Shown: in pieces, positions 39,801 to 49,200 of the stretch
Layout of the letters: the number at the start of each line of letters is the position of its first letter
Numbering within the stretch: position 1 is the first letter of the stretch
Source of the DNA: a bacterium
Lineage (GTDB): Bacteria; Zhuqueibacterota; Zhuqueibacteria; Residuimicrobiales; Krinioviventaceae
Reading direction: 5' to 3'
DNA length: 64,000 bases
NCBI GenBank assembly: GCA_963674595.2
Contig: CAXXFV010000016.1
Coordinates: 576,001 to 640,000, forward strand
Notes under the pieces: model-generated
What the model was told of the DNA's origin: nothing
The model's database searches: none
What the model saw: the letters and a program-made list of their open reading frames with translations, nothing else
Position numbers and translations under genes: made by a program

Positions 39801-40547
39801 ACTGTTGTCTTGCAAACTGAACCGATAGATTTAGGCGAAGAATATACATTAACTGTTAATAATGTAACCGATGTATCCGCCAACCGAAATGCCATTGAGA
39901 GTAATACAATCATTCCTTTTGGATTGTATGTAGATTTTTTCGATGATTTTGAAACAACAGTTGCTGAAAACTGGACGTTTTACACAGATAGCCGCTGGTC
40001 ATTAACTGCTGACAACGGCAGTCAAACCTTGTTTTTAAATACGACCGACTTTGAAAGTCCTGCGGATAAATTATTGGGAGAAGCTGCCCTGCTAAACGAA
40101 TCGGTATTTAGTTCGCCTTATTTTGTTCTTTCCTGTAAGGCAAAAAGTGCTGAAAATTTATTAGAAAATCAGAATGCTGATTATGCTATCGTTTTTGGAT
40201 ACCAGGACAGTTTAAATTATCATTATTTGCAATTTCACATGAACGATGTTTCGATACATACAATTGAAAACGGGATCAGGACCTATTTAATTAAGCATCC
40301 TCATTATTTGGAACTGGACCAATATCATCAAATATCCGTAACATTGAAAAAAGATTCTCTAAGCGTAAATATTGACGAGCAATCTATTTTTTCTCAGGAA
40401 TTTGTTAATAATTTTGGAAACCAAATCGGTTTAGGCTCTTTTAACGACGCTGCCTATTTTGATAATCTAAGTCTACAAACATATATTGAGAATGACAAGA
40501 CACCTCCTGCAAAGCCGACTGGACTTTATATTATTTTGGCAAACTAG
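36834..40547 (+). CDS. Large secreted protein: beta-propeller + 2x[FN3 / Ig-like / beta-sandwich]
   Basis: Signal peptide ending ALA-Q; DPVFGTVVQRIT..QPDAVINRQGTKILYRS propeller; tandem repeat of about 377 aa containing WTAP, FSEPV..NY and GSFNDA.FDN. Confidence 0.8.
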   Translation: MNKMLKNLYYVGRLKLLGKKSLSIVLFLIVLPCIALAQTGVISDATIIPPDYDTFQIPEEVGGTYVDPVFGTVVQRITNCSRFDQDLLGGYFGNSEICYFNTDGSYFISAENEIIDGKNLITTFLYNGITGTRIKMLGLYDGAFRPERIRWALADKYKKNGEYVNFDPVYCYYTFEGNEVRLYDVRDLNNYVVIHAFTEYTDIGMAGDEGDLSDDGRYWVLDGDAHEMFVYDLIDDIKYPVSTFDLMNLGSKGDNVGVDYAAISTSGEYVVVAWGTAAALGEQFHGIEVYDKNWNYLRQLHPGIIHWEIGRDSFGDEVIYTAATFEFKEYFASAGAVPGDIISIRLSDGNIRLLKHIPKWTHLVMTACNSVSNSPYLYVSMMNRSEDPEALWFPFWGEIIEIPTNGSGEVRRLVHTRSREIAGRIEKYYQPDAVINRQGTKILYRSTYNNTVGDVYMFDVGNRNENDSVPPLEPSNIQGTSLINSIQLSWTAPAQASDGDLASFYKVYRNGSLIAETFNVHYTDQDLNEAQTYSYQIYSVDNVGNVSVESCSGDFQTLSDTEPPTLLSVSLQSRTQIRLLFSEPVDQTTTDDVNNYQINNGLSVLSAVLQPDSMSVLLTTQTIELGVLYELGLENIRDVSANSNVIAAGTVTEFRFLSDFYEDFENSSTENWEFRTPQRWQIGQFDGNSALYITTSEYENPGDYLLGEYAILYGDLVLTNQFKVSYNAKILDDIFSNQHADHVFIFSFTDSLNYEYLQFHTYDVAINKIVNGVRIYLEKFPYEFNLDQELHLSAIFENDSLYVLQNDLPVLTKYYPIHTAGRVGFGSFNDAGWFDNINLENIGEIDLSVPEPPTSLYSSGGTINSLILQWTAPIQPELFYRIYRDDVLIGESTDPVFTDTGLETIKTYHYKVYSVNYSGVQSEVAASGSFATSSDVEAPEITAMHINSRTEIHLEFSEPVEQNSAENTSNYVIDNQINVLQATLSDDSLTVVLQTEPIDLGEEYTLTVNNVTDVSANRNAIESNTIIPFGLYVDFFDDFETTVAENWTFYTDSRWSLTADNGSQTLFLNTTDFESPADKLLGEAALLNESVFSSPYFVLSCKAKSAENLLENQNADYAIVFGYQDSLNYHYLQFHMNDVSIHTIENGIRTYLIKHPHYLELDQYHQISVTLKKDSLSVNIDEQSIFSQEFVNNFGNQIGLGSFNDAAYFDNLSLQTYIENDKTPPAKPTGLYIILAN

Positions 40548-40583
40548 TAAATTTCCCCATACTTGATAAATTTCCGTATATAA

Positions 40584-40634
40584 TACTTGTATGTACAAGT
40601 AATTATTTTGATTTCTCTGAAATTACTTGTACAT
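40584..40634. repeat. Nested inverted repeats (TACTTGTA units)
   Basis: ATGTACAAGTAATT (40591-40604) / AATTACTTGTACAT (40621-40634) perfect 14-bp inverted repeat; overlapping palindrome TACTTGTA-TG-TACAAGTA (40584-40601). Confidence 0.8.
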
Positions 40635-40679
40635 TTATGTTTAAATTCTGTCATGAATTGTTAATAGCATGGAATATGA

Positions 40680-41756
40680 ATGAAAGTATTGTTACTTACG
40701 CATGATTTGTACGGAAAAGGCGGGATAGGAAATTACTTTAACATTTTACATGGCAAATTTACATACCATGTTGATTATCATATCACGGGATCACGATTAA
40801 ATGAAAAAGGTTTTTTTCAAAATGTTTTTCGTTTTTTTAATGATTATATACAGTTTTTAAAAATTTATAAAAACTATGACCTCATACATTTAAACACATC
40901 CTTGCGTATTAAATCATTTTGCCGGGATTTGGTTTTTCTCTGGTTTTCAAAATTGGCAAATCGAAAAATTGTTGTTTTTATTCATGGCTGGAACCATGAT
41001 TTTTCTTCGTTTGTTGAAAAATATATACTCTGGTTTTACAAGTTTATCTATTTTAAGGCCGATTCTTTTATTGTTTTATCATCGGAATTTAAAGAGATAT
41101 TGATTAAATGGGGATATACAAAGCCGATCAGTATCCTATCCACGCTTGTTGATGATGAGGTCCTCGATTCTTTTTTGGAAAAAGATGTTTATCGACGAAT
41201 TGAGCGGGAACAGACTAATATCTTATTCCTTGCGCGAATTGAACGGGAAAAAGGAATTTATGAAACAATTGATGTTTTTCAAAAACTGTCTGCCAAAGTT
41301 GCAAATTTAAATTGTTCTATTGCCGGCGACGGGAAAGAATTTAATAATGTTGTTCAATATATCAAAGACCGAAATATTCAGAATATAAAAATTTTAGGTT
41401 TTGTAACAGGTGATCAAAAAAACAACTTGTATAAAGAAGCGGATTTATACCTGCTTCCGACAAATTATGGTGAGGGCATGCCTACTTCTCTGTTGGAAGC
41501 GATGTCATTTGGATTACCGATTATTACCTGTGCAAAAGGCGGTATAAATGATTTTTTTGAGCCGGAAAAGATGGGTTTTATCATAAATAATAATGATCAG
41601 TTGTTATTATGTGAAAAACTGGAAACTTTGGTAACAAATCCGCAGTTACGCTTGCAACTAGGACTTTATAATTACCGTTACGTTCGGCAGCATTTTCCCG
41701 CATCACGGGTTATGAAAAAAATAGAGGCTGTTTACGAGTCTACAATCAATGCTTAA
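40680..41756 (+). CDS. GT4 glycosyltransferase
   Basis: GGI, FIHG, RIEREKG and EGMPTSLLEAMSFG motifs. Confidence 0.9.
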   Translation: MKVLLLTHDLYGKGGIGNYFNILHGKFTYHVDYHITGSRLNEKGFFQNVFRFFNDYIQFLKIYKNYDLIHLNTSLRIKSFCRDLVFLWFSKLANRKIVVFIHGWNHDFSSFVEKYILWFYKFIYFKADSFIVLSSEFKEILIKWGYTKPISILSTLVDDEVLDSFLEKDVYRRIEREQTNILFLARIEREKGIYETIDVFQKLSAKVANLNCSIAGDGKEFNNVVQYIKDRNIQNIKILGFVTGDQKNNLYKEADLYLLPTNYGEGMPTSLLEAMSFGLPIITCAKGGINDFFEPEKMGFIINNNDQLLLCEKLETLVTNPQLRLQLGLYNYRYVRQHFPASRVMKKIEAVYESTINA

Positions 41757-41794
41757 CATATTGTCTTGTATAGCCTTGTTTGTGGAAAAATAAT

Positions 41795-41823
41795 TTGACT
41801 TTACAATCTAAATTAAGTATATT
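41795..41823 (+). promoter_or_regulatory. sigma-70-type promoter for tRNA-Leu
   Basis: TTGACT, 17-nt spacer, TATATT, 10 nt upstream of the tRNA 5' end. Confidence 0.7.
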
Positions 41824-41833
41824 ATCGTCTCTC

Positions 41834-41916
41834 GCGAGAGTGGCGGAACTGGCAGACGCGCTAGACTTAGGATCTAGTGCCCCTAGGGCGTGGGGGTTCG
41901 ACTCCCCCCTCTCGCA
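41834..41916 (+). tRNA. tRNA-Leu (anticodon TAG), CCA not encoded
   Basis: Acceptor stem GCGAGAG/CTCTCGC + A; D-loop GGAACTGGCAGAC; anticodon arm CTAGA-CTTAGGA-TCTAG; long variable arm; T-loop GTTCGAC. Confidence 0.97.
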
Positions 41917-41933
41917 CTTTTTCAATTTAGGTT

Positions 41934-41974
41934 GTCGGCGAGTAATTTTAAAAATTTTACTCGGCGATTTTTTT
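41934..41974 (+). terminator. Intrinsic terminator candidate after the tRNA
   Basis: GTCGGCGAGTAA..TTACTCGGCGAT stem (one G-G mismatch, one G-U pair) followed by a T run. Confidence 0.6.
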
Positions 41975-42030
41975 ATATATTTATTTAACGGTTTGTAACG
42001 GAAATTAAAATTTAATAGAGGTAATAAACT

Positions 42031-43365
42031 TTGGAATACAAAATTAACGATGAAAGTAACTGGCTGAAAAAAATAAATGTAATTGTTGATGCAGACCAGA
42101 TCCAGCCAAAATTAGATAATCTATTCAAAGAGTATCAAAAGGGTGTAAAGATAGAAGGTTTCCGTAAAGGAAAAGTTCCAATGCAGTTGGTAAAAAAAAT
42201 GTTCGGCAAACAAATTGAAACAGAAGCTTTTCAACCCCATTTACAGGAAGCCTGGAAAAAGGTTTTTGAAGAAAATGAATTTGATATTATTGACGAACCT
42301 CGTATAGAGAATATTAACTATGATCAAAAAGCAGGTTTAACGTTTGATATTTGTTTTGATGTGCGACCTGATTTTAAAATTGAAGATTATGAAGGTTTAG
42401 CAGTAGAAAAAGAAGTTTTTAAAGTTGAAGACAGTGATGTTGACGAAACCATAGAAGAACTGCGTCAGCGAAATGCAATGGTTTATACCGTTGAAGGAGA
42501 GGCCAAAGAAGGGCATTTTCTGGTTGCCGATTTGCAGGAACTGGATGCTTCAGGTGTTCCTGTTGTCGGCACTAAAATGGAGAACCGGTCCGTTTATCTT
42601 GCTAAAGAAGATGATGAGCTGACAACGCAATTGCTGGGTATTAAAGCTGGTGAAGAACGCCGTGTATCTGTTATGCTGGCGCCAGAAAAATCCGAGGTCG
42701 TAGAGCAGGAACAGGATAATCTGGATAAAGTAGAACATTTTTTTACTGTAACTGTTAAAGAAGTTAAAGAAAGAAGAGTACCTGAACTGGATGATGAGTT
42801 TGCCAAAGACCTGGGCGAATTTGAAAATATGGAACAGTTGAAAAATCAAATTCACTCAAATTTAATTTTACAGGCAGAGGCAGAAACCAAAAACAGATTT
42901 AATAAAAAACTTGCTGATGAGTTGATAAAAAAAGTAGATGTTGGCGTACCTGCATCGATGTTGAATAATTATCTGAATGCCCTTGTTAATGATTTTGTTG
43001 CAAATCAAAAAGACAAGAAAAACATCAATGTTGAGCAGGTTAGAGATTTTTATAAACCAATGGCCGTTCGAACCATTAAATGGATTTTAATACGTGAAAA
43101 ATTGATAGATCAGGAAAGCCTTAAAGTTGAAGATGCTGAATTAGAAACTCGTATTAAAGAGATTGAAGAAACCGGTGATGCCGGTAAAAAACAGGCTGAA
43201 GAAATACGCTCTGATGATGAAAAAAGTAATGATTTAAAAAATAATATACTGGAAGAAAAAGTTTACAACTTTTTAGAAAGTAAAACAAATATTTCCATAG
43301 TTGAAAAAAAACTGAGACAGGTTGAAGAAGCAAATTCAGAATCCGAATCTGATGACCTGGAATAA
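42031..43365 (+). CDS. tig: Trigger factor
   Basis: Ribosome-binding motif GFRKGKVP; PELDDEFAK; tig-clpP-clpX synteny; TTG start with GAGG. Confidence 0.95.
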   Translation: MEYKINDESNWLKKINVIVDADQIQPKLDNLFKEYQKGVKIEGFRKGKVPMQLVKKMFGKQIETEAFQPHLQEAWKKVFEENEFDIIDEPRIENINYDQKAGLTFDICFDVRPDFKIEDYEGLAVEKEVFKVEDSDVDETIEELRQRNAMVYTVEGEAKEGHFLVADLQELDASGVPVVGTKMENRSVYLAKEDDELTTQLLGIKAGEERRVSVMLAPEKSEVVEQEQDNLDKVEHFFTVTVKEVKERRVPELDDEFAKDLGEFENMEQLKNQIHSNLILQAEAETKNRFNKKLADELIKKVDVGVPASMLNNYLNALVNDFVANQKDKKNINVEQVRDFYKPMAVRTIKWILIREKLIDQESLKVEDAELETRIKEIEETGDAGKKQAEEIRSDDEKSNDLKNNILEEKVYNFLESKTNISIVEKKLRQVEEANSESESDDLE

Positions 43366-43389
43366 CGAATTAAAATTAAGAGGTTAGCT

Positions 43390-43989
43390 ATGGCACTTGT
43401 ACCCGTTGTCGTCGAACAAACCGGGCGTGGAGAACGTGCTTATGACATATTTTCACGTTTGTTAAAAGAGAGAATCGTATTTATTGGATCTGCAATTGAT
43501 GATACTGTTGCCAGTTTGGCTATTGCACAGTTGTTATTTTTAGAAGCAGAAGACCCTGATAAAGATGTGTACATCTATATTAATAGTCCTGGTGGATATG
43601 TTTCTGCCGGTCTTGCCATATATGATACGATGCAATACATAAAACCTGATGTTGCTACAATTTGTATGGGACAGGCTTCCAGTATGGGAGCGATTTTATT
43701 AGCGGCAGGCGCTAAAGATAAACGTTTTGCTTTACCCCATTCCAGGATAATGATTCATCAGCCAATGGGAGGCGCACAAGGCCAGGCAAGTGATATTGAA
43801 ATTCACGCCAATGAGATTTTGAGCCTTCGGTCTGAACTGAATAATATTATCGCCCGGCATACGGGTCAGAAAATTGAAACCATTGAAAAAGATACCGAGC
43901 GTAACTTTTTTATGAGCGCAAATGATGCTAAAGAATATGGCATTATAGATGAAATTATGACCCAAAAAGGCGCTAAAGAAACAAAGTAG
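43390..43989 (+). CDS. clpP: ATP-dependent Clp protease proteolytic subunit
   Basis: [24 protein letters not shown] and MIHQP motifs. Confidence 0.97.
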   Translation: MALVPVVVEQTGRGERAYDIFSRLLKERIVFIGSAIDDTVASLAIAQLLFLEAEDPDKDVYIYINSPGGYVSAGLAIYDTMQYIKPDVATICMGQASSMGAILLAAGAKDKRFALPHSRIMIHQPMGGAQGQASDIEIHANEILSLRSELNNIIARHTGQKIETIEKDTERNFFMSANDAKEYGIIDEIMTQKGAKETK

Positions 43990-44022
43990 TATAAATATTA
44001 TATTAAATTTAAAGGCCTATTG

Positions 44023-45294
44023 ATGAATTCTAAAGGCAAAAGTAATAGTCGATTTGCAATATGTTCCTTCTGTGGGAAAAATTCCAACCAGGTGGAAACC
44101 ATTGTTACCGGTCCTGATGTCAGTATCTGTAACGAATGTGTCGGAATTGCCAACAAGATAATTTCTCGTGAGCGTTCCAAAAAACCGTTTTCTTTGGGTG
44201 AGGATATCCCTACGCCTGATATGATAAAGAAAGAATTGGACAATTTTATAATAGGGCAGGAACATGCCAAAAAAACTGTTGCCGTAGCTGTTTATAATCA
44301 TTATAAAAGAATAGATAACCAGGTGTCAGACTCTGATATCGTTTTGGAAAAAAGCAATGTTATGCTTATTGGGCCTACCGGAACCGGTAAAACCTTAATA
44401 GCCCAGACATTGGCGAGGTTTTTACACGTTCCATTTACAATTGCCGATGCAACAACACTAACCGAAGCCGGCTATGTCGGTGAAGATGTAGAGAATATTC
44501 TCGTTCGATTATTACAAGCTGCTGATTATAATGTTCAAAAGGCTGAAAGAGGAATTGTTTATATCGATGAGATTGATAAAATATCCCGTAAAAGTGGAAA
44601 TCCTTCCATAACCAGAGACGTTTCAGGCGAAGGTGTTCAACAAGCTTTACTGAAAATGCTTGAGGGTACTATAGCCGCTGTTCCTCCAAAAGGAGGTAGA
44701 AAGCACCCTGAAATGGATTTGATTAACATCAACACAAAAAACATATTGTTTTTATGTGGCGGTGCCTTTGATGGGCTGGAAAAAAACATTATCTCACGGG
44801 TTGGGAAAAAATCAGTCGGATTTGGGGCTGATGTAAAAAAAATAAGTTCAGAAATGGATATACTTGCTCAGGTTGAGCCAAAAGATCTGCTGCAATATGG
44901 TTTAATTCCGGAGATAATTGGTCGTTTACCTGTTATTACGACCTTGACGGATCTTGATGAAGATGCGATGATGAAAATATTAACGGAACCCAAAAATGCT
45001 TTAACAAAACAATACCAACGATTGTTTGAGTTAGATGGTGTTAAATTACATTTTGAAAAAGAAGCATTATGGGAAGTTATCAAAATAGCAAAAAGCAGGG
45101 GGACAGGTGCAAGGGGATTACGTTCTGTTTTGGAAAATATTATGCTGGACATTATGTTTTCAATACCGGCAAAAAAGGACATTTCAGAATGTTACATTAC
45201 TAAAGATGTTATTTTAAAAAATGATCCACCAAAATATAAAAAAGTTACAAACAAAACGTTACCAGAGACAGACGTTCACGATGATGCTGCTTAA
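44023..45294 (+). CDS. clpX: ATP-dependent Clp protease ATP-binding subunit
   Basis: CSFCGK..CNEC zinc finger; GPTGTGKT; AGYVGEDVE; [10 protein letters not shown]; RKH; VGF loop; GARGLR. Confidence 0.97.
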   Translation: MNSKGKSNSRFAICSFCGKNSNQVETIVTGPDVSICNECVGIANKIISRERSKKPFSLGEDIPTPDMIKKELDNFIIGQEHAKKTVAVAVYNHYKRIDNQVSDSDIVLEKSNVMLIGPTGTGKTLIAQTLARFLHVPFTIADATTLTEAGYVGEDVENILVRLLQAADYNVQKAERGIVYIDEIDKISRKSGNPSITRDVSGEGVQQALLKMLEGTIAAVPPKGGRKHPEMDLININTKNILFLCGGAFDGLEKNIISRVGKKSVGFGADVKKISSEMDILAQVEPKDLLQYGLIPEIIGRLPVITTLTDLDEDAMMKILTEPKNALTKQYQRLFELDGVKLHFEKEALWEVIKIAKSRGTGARGLRSVLENIMLDIMFSIPAKKDISECYITKDVILKNDPPKYKKVTNKTLPETDVHDDAA

Positions 45295-45348
45295 TTGCTG
45301 AATACAATATAAATATAATAATATATTAGTAGCAAAATAGAAGATTAA

Positions 45349-45933
45349 ATGAAAATTAACTCTGCGGAATTTATAAAATCAATTTCTGCGTTTAAGCAAG
45401 CTCCCAATGACAACTTTGCGCATGTTGCTTTTGCCGGAAGATCAAATGTTGGAAAATCAAGTCTTTTAAATACGTTATTGGGCAGGAAAAAACTTGTTAA
45501 AGTGAGTTCAACACCCGGAAAAACCCAGACAATTAATTTCTTTTTAATCAACAAGTCTTTTTTTCTGGTTGATTTGCCTGGTTACGGGTATGCAAAAGTT
45601 TCAAAATCATTAAAATATTCATGGGGAAAGCTGATTGAATCGTATCTGGCAAACTCTGAACAGCTCCGCTGTGTGGTTATGCTAATTGATATACGCCATC
45701 CATTGCAAAGTATGGATAGAGACCTGTTGCTTTGGTTAAATGAAAACCATATCCCGGTTTGTTTAGTAGGCACTAAAGCTGATAAACTTTCAAAAAATCA
45801 ACTGAATAAAAATTTAGCCCAGTTATCAAAAAACGATGATTTTCAAAATTTGAAAAATATTATCCCCTTTTCTGCAGTTACCGGGCAAGGAAAGGCGCAA
45901 CTATGGGAGGAATTATCAGCCCTTTTGCCATAA
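45349..45933 (+). CDS. engB: Ribosome biogenesis GTPase YihA/YsxC
   Basis: GRSNVGKSS, TPGKT, DLPGYG, TKADK and FSA motifs. Confidence 0.95.
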   Translation: MKINSAEFIKSISAFKQAPNDNFAHVAFAGRSNVGKSSLLNTLLGRKKLVKVSSTPGKTQTINFFLINKSFFLVDLPGYGYAKVSKSLKYSWGKLIESYLANSEQLRCVVMLIDIRHPLQSMDRDLLLWLNENHIPVCLVGTKADKLSKNQLNKNLAQLSKNDDFQNLKNIIPFSAVTGQGKAQLWEELSALLP

Positions 45934-46005
45934 CAAGCTAATTTTAAGTGATTTGAACCGGTTTAAGTATTTTGTGTAATCTTAAATTTTTTAAGAGAAA
46001 ATCTC

Positions 46006-46034
46006 TTGACAATCTTTTGCAAATCGTTTATATT
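46006..46034 (+). promoter_or_regulatory. sigma-70-type promoter candidate for the TBDR operon
   Basis: TTGACA, 17-nt spacer, TATATT, about 195 nt upstream of the ATG. Confidence 0.65.
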
Positions 46035-46228
46035 TAACCACTATAATTATATAATTCTATGGCGTGCAAATAGTTTTCAGGCAATTATTCGTATTGTTCT
46101 ATATATATTCCTTTTACTGAATAATTTTTCATTTTCAAGTGTTATTGTATAAAAACAACTAAATGTATTTTAACTTAATAATGATACGAAAGAAGAAAGC
46201 TTTTGTTTCATAAAAAAGGAGAAAAAAT

Positions 46229-49200
46229 ATGAAAAAAATGCAATTATATATTTTAATCTCCTCGCTTCTGTTGTTACCAGCTTTAATGATGGCAAAAACA
46301 ACAGGTAAGCTGAGTGGTAAAGTTATTGATAGGGAAACCAATGAACCACTACCAGCCGTAAATGTTGTTATCGATGGTACATCTATGGGTGCTGCAACGG
46401 ATTTGAATGGTAATTTCTTTATCATCAACGTCCCGGCAGGAACATATTCGGTTCGTGCCGAAATGATAGGTTATAATATTTATGTGGTCAACGATGTCCG
46501 GATTAAAGTTGATTTAACAACAACTGTTAATTTTAAGCTGGAGGCGACAGTTTTAGACGTTGGTGAAACAGTAACTGTCACAGCAGATCGTCCGCTTATT
46601 CAGGTGGACCAAACAGGTAGTCGTTCTGTTGCCAGCAGTGAAGAGATGGAGCGGCGTTCTGTTGACTCTTTTCAGGATGTAATTGAAACAACAGCCGGAA
46701 TTGTTGTTGATGATAATAACCGAATGCATATGCGTGGCGGTCGTGCCCGGGAAATAAGTTTTTTGATGGATAATTCAACAAATATCCTGAATCCTATGAC
46801 CGGCGATTTTGATACGGATATACCTGAGCTTGCTATTGAAGAGGCTTCTGTTTCAACTGGTGGTTTTAGCGCAGAATATGGTAATGCTCAATCCGGTGTT
46901 GTAAATGTTGTAACCAAAGATGGTGGCCCGGTTTTTCAGGGAACTGTACGCTATTCTACAAGCGCCCTTGGAGGTTGGGGAAGTTCTTTAAGTCATGACG
47001 AGGTTGAGGAAAATCGTCATAATCCGGAAATTGCGTTGGGTGGCCCTGTGCCTTTTACTAAAGCCTTAAAAATACCTGGAAATTTGCGCTATTTTCTGTC
47101 TGGGTGGTATGAGAGTACTGACGGCCGGTTTGTAAATGAACACAGTGAAGGTTCAACTATTCAGGGAAAATTGACATACAAAATGACCCCAAGTCATACC
47201 TTGCGAATTAAAGGATTGTATCGAGACCGGGACCGTGACTATTTTGATAATCTCTGGAAACAAACAACATATGAAGACCTTAATGAAAATTACAAGCCTT
47301 ATGGTGATAAAAATAATGATGGTATTGACGATAATACTGCCTTTATTAACGATCCGTTGACCGGTGTCTGGTACGGAAATGGTATATTGGATACTGAGGA
47401 CAGGAACGGAAATAATTTCCTGGATCCGGGTGAAGATTTGAATGATAATGGTGTTTTGGATCGTGAAGATTTGAACAACAACCATAGCCTTGATTCCTTT
47501 AACATGTTGGACCATAAATCTGACATTAGTGAAGAAAGTAATCAGATTGCTATTACATGGACACATCAACTAAGCCCCAAAACATTTTATGAATTACATA
47601 TCGATCGTTACTTTACATCATATTTTATGAATGCGAAAGAATATATCAACGAAGATTATGATGGTGATGGAAAGCTGGATTTAGTCAGTGAAAATGTTGA
47701 CTTGAATGGTGATGGAGCTATCGATCCTGACGAATGGCTCGATTTTGACGGTGACGGCTATTTTGACAAGGTCGCTGAAGATATAAATGGTAATGGCATT
47801 ATCGATCCTTACGGAACCGATTTGTTGACGGACTGGGATTCCGATGGATATATTGATGCTTCGCAGAAAGCATATCCCAACGATCCGTCAAAATGGAAAA
47901 CAACCGGTAATTTTGGTTTTAAAGGTGAAAAATCTGCAGATGGTTTTTACACCTATGGTTCAGGATTAACCTGGGATCGTCGATATTGGTACCTCGATGA
48001 ATCTACAAGTTATGGTGTTAAATTTGATTTGGAAAGTCAGGTCAATAATAATCATAATATCAGATCCGGTCTTGATTTAAAATATCGTGAGATTTTCAGA
48101 TATGATGCTACCGACCGTTATGGTTATGGTGAACGATTCAAGGTTTATCCGAATAGTGGCGCCTTTTATGTTCAGGATAAAATGGAATTTCAGGGTATGA
48201 TCCTTAATGCCGGTTTACGTTTTGATTATTTTAATGCCAACTGGGTTGACTATCCAAACAATCTTAACGATCCAACCTGGGATGAAAAAGATTCGGGCTA
48301 TGAGGATGCCAATAGTAATGGTTTGTTAGATGATGGCGAAGATCTTAATGACAATGGTGTTTTGGACCAGGCCTGGGATGCCGAAAAGTATAGTGGCGCA
48401 AATTCTCCCAAGTTAGGCGATATAAAAGATCCTATTAAAATTGATTTCAAATCATATTTTAGCCCCCGTTTTGGAATTGCTTTTCCGATTACAGAGCGTG
48501 ACGTGTTGAATTTCAGTTACGGGCAATACTTTCAGGAACCATTAGGTCAGTTACTTTTTATGAATTTAGAGTTTGATTTGGGTGGTGGTTTTCCGTTAAT
48601 TGGAAACCCGAACTTGAATCCTGAACGTACAACAATGTACGAGTTTATATTAAAACATCAGATATCCAATTCACAACGTTTGACGGTAACAGCATTTTAT
48701 AAAGATATTTCTGATTTGACAGATACGCGACCTGTTTATTGGACAAGCAGAGATTGGTACGGCTTTTATTATAATGCTGATTATGGTAATGTTCGTGGTA
48801 TGGAGTTTGATTTTGTTCAAAGACCTTTCCTGGCAAGGTTTCTTTATGTAAGTGGCTCTGCTAATTATACCTATCAGGTTGCTAAAAATAAAGCCTCTGA
48901 AACAAGTAAGGGATACCTGACAGAATGGTCCGGCAATGTTTTACCTACTGTTGAATCTTATGTATCTTGGGATCAAAGACATACTGTTAATTTGAATCTT
49001 GATTTAATCGTTCCGAAAGACCAGGATTTGTTTGGTTTGCCTGTATTAAATGATGTAGGTGTTAATATTCAATATTATTATGGAAGTGGTACACGCTGGA
49101 CGCCTCCAAAAGGTCAGGATAAAGCAGCTTTGGATAATACAGCAACTTTACCCAGTCGCCAAACAGTTGATTTGCGTTTAAGCAAGCGTTTCCACATGGG

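Noticed and set aside
14261-41916. Polysaccharide locus as a tRNA-integrated genomic island
   Set aside because: The locus lies 5' of the tRNA; I saw no integrase, transposase or duplicated tRNA 3' end.
41780-41998. 72-aa ORF in the track
   Set aside because: It overlaps tRNA-Leu with its promoter and terminator; a shadow ORF.
42031-45933. tig-clpP-clpX-engB without lon
   Set aside because: A known housekeeping arrangement; not unusual.
45993-46007. Short palindrome AAGAGA-AAA-TCTCTT touching the -35 box
   Set aside because: Only 6-bp arms in AT-rich DNA; could be chance.
46035-46228. Riboswitch (cobalamin/TPP) or Fur box in the long TBDR leader
   Set aside because: Very AT-rich, with no recognisable aptamer core or convincing Fur palindrome by eye.
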